Shown here: piece after piece, positions 28,743-38,117 of the stretch
How the letters are laid out: each line of letters opens with the position of its first letter
How positions within the stretch are numbered: position 1 is the stretch's first letter
DNA from: Candidatus Udaeobacter sp.
GTDB taxonomy: Bacteria; Verrucomicrobiota; Verrucomicrobiia; Chthoniobacterales; UBA10450
Reading direction: 5' to 3'
NCBI GenBank assembly: GCA_013372845.1
Contig: JAALOD010000002.1
Span: forward strand, 29,428 to 90,688
DNA length: 61,261 nt
The notes under the pieces: generated by a model
Told to the model about the DNA's origin: nothing
Seen by the model: only the letters and a program-made list of their open reading frames with translations
The model's database searches: none
Translations under genes and position numbers: made by a program

Positions 28743-29585
28743 TCAGTCGGTAATCGTGACGGCGGTGCGGTTGCTTACAAGGCTGCTGAGTTCCTCGAGG
28801 TCCGAAGCCGCCAGACCAAGACCCACTGGCGGCGGGGGTTGATCAAGATTGGGATGCGCAGAATCCGGTACCGAATACAAGGTGTAACCTGCCGCGCCGG
28901 CCAACCGGATCCACCGGGTGCTGCTGAGGTACTCCTTGCTGCCAACGCCCACACGTTTTCCGTCCTTCCAAGCCATGGTTTCGGCAACTTTTGCAGAGAT
29001 TTTAGCTGCCTGTTTACCCGGTAACTTTGCCTCGCGAACATGATATTGCTTGAAGAATGCGCCGTGATTCAAAAGCACAACCGAATTCTCCTTCCGTTGA
29101 ATAACCATCGAGAAATCAGGATGCGAGATGAGCAGGTGGTCGCCAATGCGGAGCATGGTGCCGCTCATGTTGTTCATGCGCATAATCAGCTCGGGAGTCG
29201 TCTTAAGCTTCCGCGCAATCTTGGCCAGCACGTCTCCGGATTTAACAACGTATTCCGTTTTTTCCGGAGACGGATAACGCGATAGCAGAATGGCGACGTT
29301 CGTTTCGCCGAGTAAATCCTTCGCTTCTTCGAGATGTTTTCCGGCGGGATATTTTTGAATAAATGCAATGAGCGCGTCGCGAGCTTCGGTCAATTTTCCG
29401 TCCTGTCGCAGTTGCGCTGCCGCCTGAAACTCGGGAAGACTGATGTCCGGCACAGGCGCTGGTGTGACTTCTCCACGCTGCTCTTTTTTTACCGCGATTT
29501 CTTCTTTTACAAAGGTGTTGTAACCGAACCAGGCTGCGCCGCCGAAGATGATCAACGCCAGCAACAACACGAAGAGCCACTTCAT
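28743..29585 (-). CDS. LysM domain-containing membrane-anchored protein
   Basis: N-terminal TM helix MKWLFVLLLALIIFGGAAWFGY (start ATG 29585). LysM motif YVVKSGDVLAKIARKLKTTPELIMRMNNMSGTMLRIGDHLLI. Confidence 0.75.
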   Translation of the reverse strand: MKWLFVLLLALIIFGGAAWFGYNTFVKEEIAVKKEQRGEVTPAPVPDISLPEFQAAAQLRQDGKLTEARDALIAFIQKYPAGKHLEEAKDLLGETNVAILLSRYPSPEKTEYVVKSGDVLAKIARKLKTTPELIMRMNNMSGTMLRIGDHLLISHPDFSMVIQRKENSVVLLNHGAFFKQYHVREAKLPGKQAAKISAKVAETMAWKDGKRVGVGSKEYLSSTRWIRLAGAAGYTLYSVPDSAHPNLDQPPPPVGLGLAASDLEELSSLVSNRTAVTITD

Positions 29586-29722
29586 GACTGGCAAAACGTG
29601 ATCGAGACGCCGAGCGAAATCCCAGAGCGACGCCGAACCAGAAAACACCAAGGCAACCCGGGATCCATTACAAGAAGAATCGTGTGCGAGGAATCAAGCG
29701 CCGGCACTGAAATCGGTCTTGC

Positions 29723-30181
29723 CTAGGAGGCCTCGGTCCCAGATTCGCTCCCTGGAAAGAAGCGATGCCAGAGCCGTCCGATCGTCGGCTCTTCCTGGTT
29801 GCTCCAGGTAAAATGGCAATCCTGGCAGTAAAACTCCTTGGGAATGATTTTGAGCGCGCAAAGCACACCAACCAGCGCAGGAGTCATAAATTTTCGAGTC
29901 ATCTGTGGATATTCGATATTCGAAGAACTGCATTGCGGGCAACGAACAAGGGCCGCGGAGATATCAGGATCAGTCGCCTCCCATTCGACCATGAGATTTT
30001 GGGCCTTTTCGAAATCGGCGTCCTCGACCATTACTTTCGCGTTCGCCTGCGGGCGCGACATGAAGCCAACCTGTTGCAAGGGCGCCTCATTGTGAACATC
30101 GGCGCGTAACCCCGCATCTTGGAAGCGCCGTTTTAGTTGCCTCGCCTTGGCCGGATCATTGAACGTGGCAATCGTCACCAT
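29723..30181 (-). CDS. Hypothetical protein, DUF2007-like N-terminus plus CxxC..CxxC zinc-ribbon-like region
   Basis: 152-aa ORF. MVTIATFNDPAKARQLKRRFQDAGL..; CPQCSS...CQDCHF. Confidence 0.45.
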   Translation of the reverse strand: MVTIATFNDPAKARQLKRRFQDAGLRADVHNEAPLQQVGFMSRPQANAKVMVEDADFEKAQNLMVEWEATDPDISAALVRCPQCSSSNIEYPQMTRKFMTPALVGVLCALKIIPKEFYCQDCHFTWSNQEEPTIGRLWHRFFPGSESGTEAS

Positions 30182-30254
30182 AAATCTTGTCGCATCCGCG
30201 GCATTAACACGGTGTGATCAAACATCAACTAATGGTCAAGTGCAAGATTTGCCG

Positions 30255-30686
30255 TTACGCCCCTGGCGGAAACCACTTGTAAAGAATCAAGTACACGAGC
30301 ACGCCCGTGACCGAGACGTAAAGCCAGATTGGGATCGTCCAACGCGCGATTCGCTTGTGGCGATCCCATCGGCGGCGAAAAACCTGAACGAGCGTGATAA
30401 TCACCAGAGGCAGCGTCACAAAAGCAAGCAAAACGTGCGACGCCAGTATCGGGAAGTAAATTGCCGCGATCCATCCCGTGTATCCCGAAGATTTTTCGCC
30501 GACGTTCGCGTGATAAATGATGTAACCCGTCAAGAAACAAGCCGAGGAAGCCACTGCGGCGATCATGCACGCCATGTGCCGGCGCCAGGCGCCATGCCGA
30601 ATGAAGTACCAGCCCATTGAAATAAAGACTGTGCTCACCAAATTGAAGGACGCGTTAAGAGCGGGAAGATCGGAGATTGATATCAC
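30255..30686 (-). CDS. DUF420 family membrane protein
   Basis: LPALNASFNLVSTVFISMGWYFIRHGAWRRHMACMIAAVASSACFLTGYIIYH...IYFPILASHVLLA, with four predicted TM helices; a typical DUF420 pattern. Confidence 0.7.
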   Translation of the reverse strand: MISISDLPALNASFNLVSTVFISMGWYFIRHGAWRRHMACMIAAVASSACFLTGYIIYHANVGEKSSGYTGWIAAIYFPILASHVLLAFVTLPLVIITLVQVFRRRWDRHKRIARWTIPIWLYVSVTGVLVYLILYKWFPPGA

Positions 30687-30764
30687 GTTGAAGCATTGAA
30701 CCGTTAAAACACTACATTGACCTATCGCTTCAACGCTTCAACGATTTAACGATTAACCAACACC

Positions 30765-33148
30765 ATGCCGCCCGTCCTCGAACCACCCCAGGTTCGGCCG
30801 CACCGACGACGTCGGAAATCAATCTGGGGGCGTCGAATCGCCGTCAGCGTCGTGCGCCTGGTGATTCTTGCCATGATTCTTGGGATTGCCGGTGGCAGCT
30901 ATTACCTCGCCAAGAGAGGATTTGGCCGTCAATGGCGCTACCGCGTAGTGGAGGAATTGCGCAAACACGGAGTCGAAGCCAGCATCGGGCGTCTGACGCT
31001 GGACCCCTTTCGTGGTTTGGTCGCAAAAAATGTACGGATTTTTGATTACAAGAATCGCGAGAACACTCTGGCCCTGATCAGCGAAGTCTCGCTCGATATC
31101 AATTACGCCGCGCTCATCCATCATGAGCCGTTTCTCAACGCGCTCGATGTGCGTGATGCGCAAATCATTTTTCCATTCAAGACGGCGGACGAAAAAGGCG
31201 ACAGAGCCGTACTCACCAACTTGCGCGCCCACGTTTATTTTCCCAGAACAAATTTACGTCAGTCAGGCCGAGGGAACTTTTTGCGGGATTCGATTTCTGC
31301 GACTGGGCAACTAATCAAGCGCGAGATTATCAACCGTCGCCTGCGCTTTCGGCTGAAGAATGGCAAAGGCGATTATTGATTGCACAGCGCGTGTGAACGA
31401 ACTGCAAAGTTCAGGTTCCCGGCACGCTCCCGTCGTTACAATAAAATTAGCGGCGACGTCGCCGAGCGAGAAGGCGCACGTGGAGCGACCCTCCGCGGCG
31501 ATCGACTGCAACGGGGCAGCTACGAAATAGAGACCTCTCCGCGGCGGCAGAATGGAACAACAAGCTGCTGAATATTGCACATTGCGAATGGAGTGATGGT
31601 ATGGGCAGTTTTGCCGGGCGCGCCAGTTGGAATGTGGAAGGCAGCAGGGCGAGTTTGCAAGCGCGCAGCAGTCTGGATTTGAAAGCGTTTCTTGACGCAT
31701 TCGGACTTGGCGAGCCGGTTGCGACAATCGAATTTCAAGCGCCGCCAGTCGTCGAGGTTTCCGGCTCGGTAAATTTTGGGGCCGATCGCTTCAAGCCAGA
31801 GATCATCGGACACCTTGCCTTGGGCCGGTTCACTTACAAGAAAGTTCCTTTTTCCGATCTTACAGCTGATTTTTCGTGGGACGGCGAGCGGACACTGGTC
31901 AGGGACCTGCGCCTGCGTCATCAAACCGGCCAGGTTCGGGCCGACCTTTTTGATGCGCCGGCGGATTTTCGTCTAAACATCGAAAGCACAATAGTCCCGG
32001 AGGCGGTCCGGGGGATCGCACCACCGGAAATGAATGAATTTCTCCGGCAGTGGGAATGGCAACGTTCGCCTGCCATTCGCCTCGCGATCCGGGGTCAGGA
32101 TCACAATCCGGGAACTTGGAAAGGTGATGGGAGCGTCATTTTGGGACGCAGTCGGTTCCGCGGCGCATGGATGAACAGCGCGGATACTGAAATCCATTTT
32201 GCCGACGGCGCGCTTACTTGTGATGATTTGCATGTAACGCGCAACGAGGGTTCCGGCACGGGCAGTTTTACCTACGATTTTAAAAAACACGAGGTACGCA
32301 TCTCCAATATTAAAAGTTCACTGAATCCTGCCGAGGTAATCTTTTGGATTGATCCAAAAATTTGGAACACTGTAGTGCCATATAAATTTCGGCGGCCGCC
32401 CTCCGTCACAGCGAACGGTTTATATCAATTTCGCGGCGGGAAGAACACGCGTCTGGAAATCAAGGTAGAGGGCGCGAACGGGATGGATTACATCTTTCTT
32501 GGAAAGACCTTGCCCTTCGATCGCATCTCCGCGCGATTGCTCATCACTAACGACCGATTGCAAATCACCGATCTTCGTGGCGCGTTTCTCTCAGGCACGC
32601 TGCGTGGGAACGCCGACATCTCACTGGCGAAAAATGACCCGCGTTACCGGGCAAGCATTTCGGTAAGCGAAATCAATTTCCCACTGCTGACTAACTTGTA
32701 CTACAATTACAAGACAGCGCTGGGCCTCTTCAACGGCACCTACGATTTCACCGGCCTCGGCAGCGATGCCCGCACCATGCGGGGCCGTGGAAAAGTGGAA
32801 GTCACCAACGGCGATGTTTTCGCCATACCGATTTTCGGGCCCCTCTCAGGAATTCTGAACCGGATTCTTCCCGGCAGCGGCTACAGCATCGCGCACAGAG
32901 CAACGGCGAACTTCAAGATCGATGAGGGGATTATTCATACCGACGATTTCGACGCAGCCGGCTCCCTCTTTAACATGCTGGGTCACGGCGATGTTCATTT
33001 TCTGGATGACAAGCTCGATTTTAATGTGCGGCTAAACATGAAAGGGCCCGGCTTTGTGCTCACGCCGGTGTACAAACTTTTCGAATACGCCGGCACAGGG
33101 AGCTTGAAGAAGCCGGATTGGCGCCCAGCTGTCTTGAAGAGCCAATAG
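30765..33148 (+). pseudogene. AsmA-like outer-membrane-biogenesis-type protein, frame breaks between ~31230 and ~31600
   Basis: The N-terminal TM anchor ORF 30765-31379 loses a protein-like frame after ..LRAHVYFP. The frame 31123-31314 continues with PEQIYVSQAEGTFCGIR. The intact ORF 31601-33148 (515 aa) ends with an AsmA_2-like region (VEVTNGDVFAIPIFGPLSGILN..HGDVHFLDDKLDFNVRL). Confidence 0.5.
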
Positions 33149-34110
33149 TGAACAGAAACGAAACGAAGAAACGCCGAGACGGACAAACGGCACCTTCACC
33201 GGCTCGCCGATTCGTTGATTCGCCGATTTATCCGACTCTCCTTGGCGCGCACATGTCGATTGCCGGTGGTGTCGACATGGCGATTGAGCGCGCGCGTTCG
33301 ATCAACTGCACTGCAATGCAAATGTTCGTGAAAAACAACATGCAGTGGTTCGCTCGCCCGCTCACTCGCGATGAAATCGCCCGCTTCCGCCAACATCAGC
33401 AACGCAGCGAATTGTTATCGATCTTCGCGCACGCGAATTATCTCATCAATCTCGCCGCCACCAACGGGCAGTTTCACGCAAATTCGATCCGCTCGCTGTC
33501 GGAAGAATTGGTTCGCGCCGATCAGCTGGAACTCCCATTTTTGGTATTGCACCCCGGCGCGCACCTCGGCGCGGGTGAAGAAGCGGGTCTTGAAAAAATC
33601 GTAGAATCGATTGACTGCGTCCTCTCCGGTCTGCCGAAAATCAAAACGCGGATCGCGCTGGAAACGACCGCTGGCCAGGGGTCATGCCTGGGGAACAAAT
33701 TCGAGCATCTGGCATACATTATCAGCCGCGTGCGTGAACCCAATCGATTGTGTGTCTGCCTCGACACCGCGCACGTTTTTGCTGCGGATTATGATATTGG
33801 CAGCGACGCCTCGGTTCGGAAGACATTCCGTGAATTCGATCGTGTGGTTGGCCTGGATCGTCTCGTGGCAATTCACCTGAACGATTCCAAAACTCCCCGC
33901 GGTTCACGGGTGGATCGACATGAACATATCGGCAAGGGCAAAATCGGACTTCCGGCCTTCCGCTTCATCATGCGCGACCGCCGGTTCCGCAAGATCCCAA
34001 AAATACTCGAAACCCCCAAGGGCAAAGATTTACGAGAAGATGTGATCAATCTAAACAGGCTGCGCCGATTGGCAGAAACGCGCGACGCCAGCCACGCAGT
34101 GTCATTCTGA
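33148..34110 (+). CDS. nfo: Endonuclease IV (deoxyribonuclease IV)
   Basis: LLGAHMSIAGG..HANYLINLA..LVLHPGAH..ALETTAGQGSCLG..CLDTAHVFAAGYD..HLNDSK...GSRVDRHEHIG.G.IG..AF...M is colinear with Nfo. Start assumed at GTG 33148 (the ORF is open from TTG 33118). The stop TGA (34108-34110) lies inside palindromic element copy 3. Confidence 0.9.
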   Translation: MNRNETKKRRDGQTAPSPARRFVDSPIYPTLLGAHMSIAGGVDMAIERARSINCTAMQMFVKNNMQWFARPLTRDEIARFRQHQQRSELLSIFAHANYLINLAATNGQFHANSIRSLSEELVRADQLELPFLVLHPGAHLGAGEEAGLEKIVESIDCVLSGLPKIKTRIALETTAGQGSCLGNKFEHLAYIISRVREPNRLCVCLDTAHVFAADYDIGSDASVRKTFREFDRVVGLDRLVAIHLNDSKTPRGSRVDRHEHIGKGKIGLPAFRFIMRDRRFRKIPKILETPKGKDLREDVINLNRLRRLAETRDASHAVSF

Positions 34111-34189
34111 GCGGAGCGGCGCAGTCAAGAATCCGCGATATCATCTCAAGGGCAGCGCGACGGGATCCCTCGACTTCGCTCGGGATGAC
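34101..34189 (-). repeat. ~90-bp palindromic intergenic element, copy 3 of 3 (inverted orientation)
   Basis: The reverse complement reads GTCATCCCGAGCGAAGTCGAGGGATCCCGT...GGATTCTTGACTGCGCCGCTCCGCTCAGAATGAC. Confidence 0.8.
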
Positions 34190-34198
34190 GACGCGGAG

Positions 34199-34568
34199 TT
34201 AATTGATCAGCCGAATCGTAAAGGGATAGCGATAGAACTCTCCCTGGCCGGCCTTCACAGATGCGATGATGACAAGCACCGTGTTCAACACCCAAAGCCC
34301 GATCAAGATCGGAATGCCGATAAGACGGCACAGAGGATCGCGGCGACGGCATCATAGATCAGCATCGAGATTTGGAAATTGAGCGATTCCTTTCCGTAGG
34401 CGTCGATCTCAGGCGAGTCGCCACGTTTCATGAGCCAAACGATCAGCGGCCCCAAGATGTGACCCAGGAAATGAAAAACAATCCGAGTAATGCGCTGGCG
34501 TGACAGAGGACACACCACGTTCGTACATCGGATGAAGTTGATGGAGGCGGCGAAGGTGTTTGATCCAT
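34199..34568 (-). pseudogene. DUF4870 family small membrane protein, 2 frameshifts
   Basis: MDQTPSPPPSTSSDVRTWCVLCHASALLGLFF / HFLGHILGPLIVWLMKRGDSPEIDAYGKESLNFQISMLIYDAVAAILCAVL / IGIPILIGLWVLNTVLVIIASVKAGQGEFYRYPFTIRLIN*. Confidence 0.65.
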
Positions 34569-34638
34569 ATTTATCCTTTCACTTGCGTATCACAACGACT
34601 GCCCGCTGGCCGCGAGAAGCGCAAGGAAAAAGATTCGA

Positions 34639-35901
34639 TTACGCTGCTTTTGCACGCTCGATGTGTGCGCCAAGTTCGCTCAATTTCTCATCGAGATGTT
34701 CGTAGCCGCGGTCGATGTGATAAACGCGGGTAACTTCGGTAATCCCGTCGGCCTTCAATCCTGCAAGCACCAATGCGGCCGACGCGCGCAGGTCGCTCGC
34801 CATTACCGGCGCCCCGAGGAGACAATCAACACCATCAATTACCGCGGTCGCCCCCTCCAACTGCACTTGCGCACCCATGCGCTTTAGCTCCGCCACGTGC
34901 ATATAACGCTGCGGAAAAACATTTTCGGTCACGGAACTGGTGCCCTTGCTAATGGAGAGCAACGCGCACATCTGCGCCTGCATATCGGTCGGGAAGCCTG
35001 GATATGGTGCCGTTGTTAACTCCAGCGCGCTGGCGTCTCCGTTAGGCAGGATCGAAATCGCATGGTCGCCGACATTGATGTGAAAACCGCATTTCGCCAG
35101 CGCATCGGTGACTGCGCATAGATGCCCTGGTTCCACTCTCTTGACGGTGACTCCTTTTCCGGCAATTGCGCCTGCGACTAGGAATGTTCCAGCTTCAATC
35201 CGGTCGGGGATCACCCAGTGTTCCGCGCCGTGCAAATCGCGCACACCTTCGATGATAATTCGACGCGTTCCCGCGCCTTCGATCTTGGCGCCCATTTTAT
35301 TCAGGAACGTTGCAAGGTCTACGACCTCGGGCTCCTGTGCCGCCCCTTCAATTACTGTCACACCATCGGCCAGAACGGCAGCCATCATCACGTTATCAGT
35401 ACCGAGGACGGTTGGGCCGAATTTACTCTGCATATTGATAACCGCCCCGCTCAATTTTGGCGCAAAAACCTTGATGTCGCCGCCTTCCACGCGCACCGCT
35501 GCGCCGAGCGCTTCGAAACCTCTCAAATGCAAATCAATTGGCCGGTCACCGATGACACAACCGCCGGGCAAAGCAACGGTCGCCTCCTTGCAACGGCCCA
35601 GTGACGGTCCAAGCACGCACACGGAAGCGCGCATCTTGCGCACGACGTCGTAGGGAGCCACAGAGTGGATCTTCTCCGCCGTGACGCTCACGGTGCCACT
35701 GGCGCGCTCCACCTGCGCACCCAAGTGAGCTAAGATTTGAAGCATGTAATGCGTGTCGCTCAGGTCGGGCACGCCGTGAACAATACAAGGCTCTCGAGTA
35801 AGCAAGGTCGCAGCCAGGATTGGCAGCGAAGAATTCTTCGAGCCGCTGACCTTGATAGAACCGGAAAGCGGATGACCGCCGTGGACGAGGATCTTATCCA
35901 T
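34639..35901 (-). CDS. murA: UDP-N-acetylglucosamine 1-carboxyvinyltransferase
   Basis: [34 protein letters not shown]..; colinear with MurA over ~420 aa. Confidence 0.93.
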   Translation of the reverse strand: MDKILVHGGHPLSGSIKVSGSKNSSLPILAATLLTREPCIVHGVPDLSDTHYMLQILAHLGAQVERASGTVSVTAEKIHSVAPYDVVRKMRASVCVLGPSLGRCKEATVALPGGCVIGDRPIDLHLRGFEALGAAVRVEGGDIKVFAPKLSGAVINMQSKFGPTVLGTDNVMMAAVLADGVTVIEGAAQEPEVVDLATFLNKMGAKIEGAGTRRIIIEGVRDLHGAEHWVIPDRIEAGTFLVAGAIAGKGVTVKRVEPGHLCAVTDALAKCGFHINVGDHAISILPNGDASALELTTAPYPGFPTDMQAQMCALLSISKGTSSVTENVFPQRYMHVAELKRMGAQVQLEGATAVIDGVDCLLGAPVMASDLRASAALVLAGLKADGITEVTRVYHIDRGYEHLDEKLSELGAHIERAKAA

Positions 35902-36730
35902 ACCTGGCAAAAATGAACCGTGTCACGCCGTTATAATCCTTCTTCGAACAAATGTCGCGGTAATTTTTTTCCGCCAGAGCCGAAAGAAGCGTCTCGCTCT
36001 GACCGAGGCCTATTTCCAAGGCCAGCAGCCCACCGGGGTGGAGCCGTGTTGGGGCCTGATCAATCAGTTCGCGCACCAGCTCATCGCCTCGTTTTCCGGC
36101 GAACAGTGCAACTTCCGGATCGTGCAATACTTCGCGCGAAAGAGTATGTCGGTCCTGTGTCGAGACGTAAGGAAGGTTCGCAACAATTAGATCGAAAGCT
36201 CCCTCGACATTTTCGAGCAGACGGCTTTTCACAAACTGGACCCGGTCCTTCAAGTTTAGCATGGCGGCATTTTCCTGTGCGAGCGCAAGCGCGTCATCTG
36301 AAACATCAACCGCAAGAATCTTCGCCTCTGGAAATTTCGCTGCCAAGCTGATCGCGATCACACCGCTGCCTGTACCGACATCCACAATTCTCGATTCTCG
36401 ATTCTCGATTCTCGATTCAACGAGCTCCACGAGTTGCTCAGTTTCCGGCCGCGGAACCATAGCGCGTTTGTCGCATAGAAAAGTGAGTTCGCAAAATTCT
36501 ACGGTGCCTAACAAGTGCTGGAGAGGCTCGCCTTCGCTGCGACGCTTCACCAATTCGCGCAATGGCCCCAGTTCCGTTTCAGTCAACTCCCGCTCGAAAT
36601 CCAGATAAAGCTCGATCCGTTTCCGACCCAGCGCATGCGCCATTAGGTGCTCGGCGTTGAGGCGCGAGTTCTCGACGTTGTGCTTCTTCAAGTACGCAGT
36701 TGTCGCTTGCAGCACTTCGAGAACGGTCAT
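35894..36730 (-). CDS. prmC: Release-factor glutamine N5-methyltransferase
   Basis: LLGTVEFCELTFLCDKRAMVPRPETEQLVE..VDVGTGSGVIAISLA..; NLPYV is the NPPY-type motif. It overlaps the murA start by 8 nt. Confidence 0.88.
   Translation of the reverse strand: MTVLEVLQATTAYLKKHNVENSRLNAEHLMAHALGRKRIELYLDFERELTETELGPLRELVKRRSEGEPLQHLLGTVEFCELTFLCDKRAMVPRPETEQLVELVESRIENRESRIVDVGTGSGVIAISLAAKFPEAKILAVDVSDDALALAQENAAMLNLKDRVQFVKSRLLENVEGAFDLIVANLPYVSTQDRHTLSREVLHDPEVALFAGKRGDELVRELIDQAPTRLHPGGLLALEIGLGQSETLLSALAEKNYRDICSKKDYNGVTRFIFARYG
36387..36418. repeat. Heptanucleotide tandem repeat (ATTCTCG x4.6) inside prmC
   Basis: ATTCTCG ATTCTCG ATTCTCG ATTCTCG ATTC, read directly. It encodes ESRIENRESRI just upstream of the SAM-binding VDVGTGSG motif. 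Confidence 0.9.
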
Positions 36731-36809
36731 GCGTCGTAATTAAGCGAAAACGTCAACGATTGCTCCTTTTCAGTCGAAGCGGCAGAATGCGAAGTCTTTT
36801 GGAGTCCGT

Positions 36810-37213
36810 TTACGGCGAAGTCTTGTCTCTTTTTTGAACTACGCCAATAAACTCGTCTGCGCCTTGCTTCGCGCCGCCAGTTCCCCAAGTGCCGCGAAGC
36901 GTGTCGCCCTGGCTTTCCGCGACGCCGCGACCATTGAGGCCACCCTCACGCCACGTGAAATCTAACACGCCATCCTTAATATTCCCTTCGATGAAGCCAT
37001 CGACTTTGCCATTCGAGTAGCCGCCCGTTACTTCGTCACCCATGCGCAACAGCAGAAGGTCCACTCTGTCTTGCCCGCCATCGGCGGCCGTTCTGCGCAC
37101 CGCGAATAAACCATTAAAACCTGGCTCCTGCTCCGACCAGGAATTGTGAAGGCCGATTTGCGTGGCTTGAAGTCTTCCGCATGCAATTTCTCCACCCGTG
37201 AATATTCGGCCAT
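36810..37213 (-). pseudogene. Hypothetical protein, apparently one frameshift
   Basis: ATG 37213 gives MAEYSRVEKLHAEDFKPRKSAF... The protein-like frame then switches to ..GFNGLFAVRRTAADGGQDRVDLLLLRMGDEVTGGYSNGKVDGFIEGNIKDGVLDFTWREGGLNGRGVAESQGDTLRGTWGTGG. No family recognised. Confidence 0.35.
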
Positions 37214-37224
37214 GCGCGCCGGGA

Positions 37225-38049
37225 TTAGTTGTCCACGGGCACGGCCAGACTAAAATATTGCGCGAAGTTTTTCCAACGTTCAGTCCACGGCGCCTGATTG
37301 GCCTGATTGCGGGCGAATGAGTCCGGTGCCTTTTCGATCGCAACGGTGATCGCCTCCTATCGTCCGTTCGTGACCGGTGATCCAAACCGGCAATGTATTT
37401 CTGCCATTCTGCTTCAGTTGGAAACTTACCTGCCGGGACGTGTTGAACCCCTCAACATGTCGAATGCGCTCGACATCAAACCACAGCTCCAGTCCTAGGG
37501 GTCTGCCCGATTCGCCGCATCGCTTGAATGGCGAATTGATCGGCTTCGATTTCCTGGTTCCGCTTCTGAAGCGGATCGCTCAAATCGGTTCCATGTTTTT
37601 CAGCGCGTGTCCAAATTCGTGCGCAAGCAGAAAGACGATCGTGTTTCCAAAATTCCGATCTGCGCAGTCCGTGACCGCAGCTTCCTCGCGCGCATTGTCA
37701 GGAACGCCTAGCGCATGAAAAACTGTGGAAGCGGAGCGCGGGACGAAGCCGCTGCTTGTTTAAACAGCCAACCCACATAATCACGCACCGTAGTTCCCTC
37801 GAACCCATGAGGCGTTAAGCCAGGCATTTGCCACGCAAAGGCCTGAATAAAACCGCAGTGAAAGCGCGGGAAGATAAATGGTCGAACCATCCGAGTAGAG
37901 CTCGAACGGTCGCCCTTTGGTCCTGAGATAGGAATCTCGATCTTCATACCGCTTAACGCGCTCCGTTCCTGATCAGTTAGCTGCGGCTGAATGGTGTCCT
38001 GATATTCGGCGCGAATTTGTTCACCCCAGCGCGCGGCATCGGGCTGCAA
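37225..38049 (-). pseudogene. HExxH zinc-metalloprotease-like protein, at least 3 frameshifts
   Basis: MQPDAARWGEQIRAEYQDTIQPQLTDQERSAL.. / ..GNTIVFLLAHEFGHALKNMEP / DLSDPLQKRNQEIEADQFAIQAMRRIGQTP / ..ITVAIEKAPDSFARNQANQAPWTERWKNFAQYFSLAVPVDN*. Confidence 0.5.
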
Positions 38050-38117
38050 TTTTTCGCGCGGATACTGATCTTCAAGTCAACGGCACGATCACGCGCCAGC
38101 CGCCACCGCTGAGTCTT

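Noticed and set aside
36387-36418. CRISPR-like array
   Set aside because: It is a 7-nt perfect tandem repeat without spacers, inside a coding region. No other repeat-spacer structure or cas gene is present in the window.
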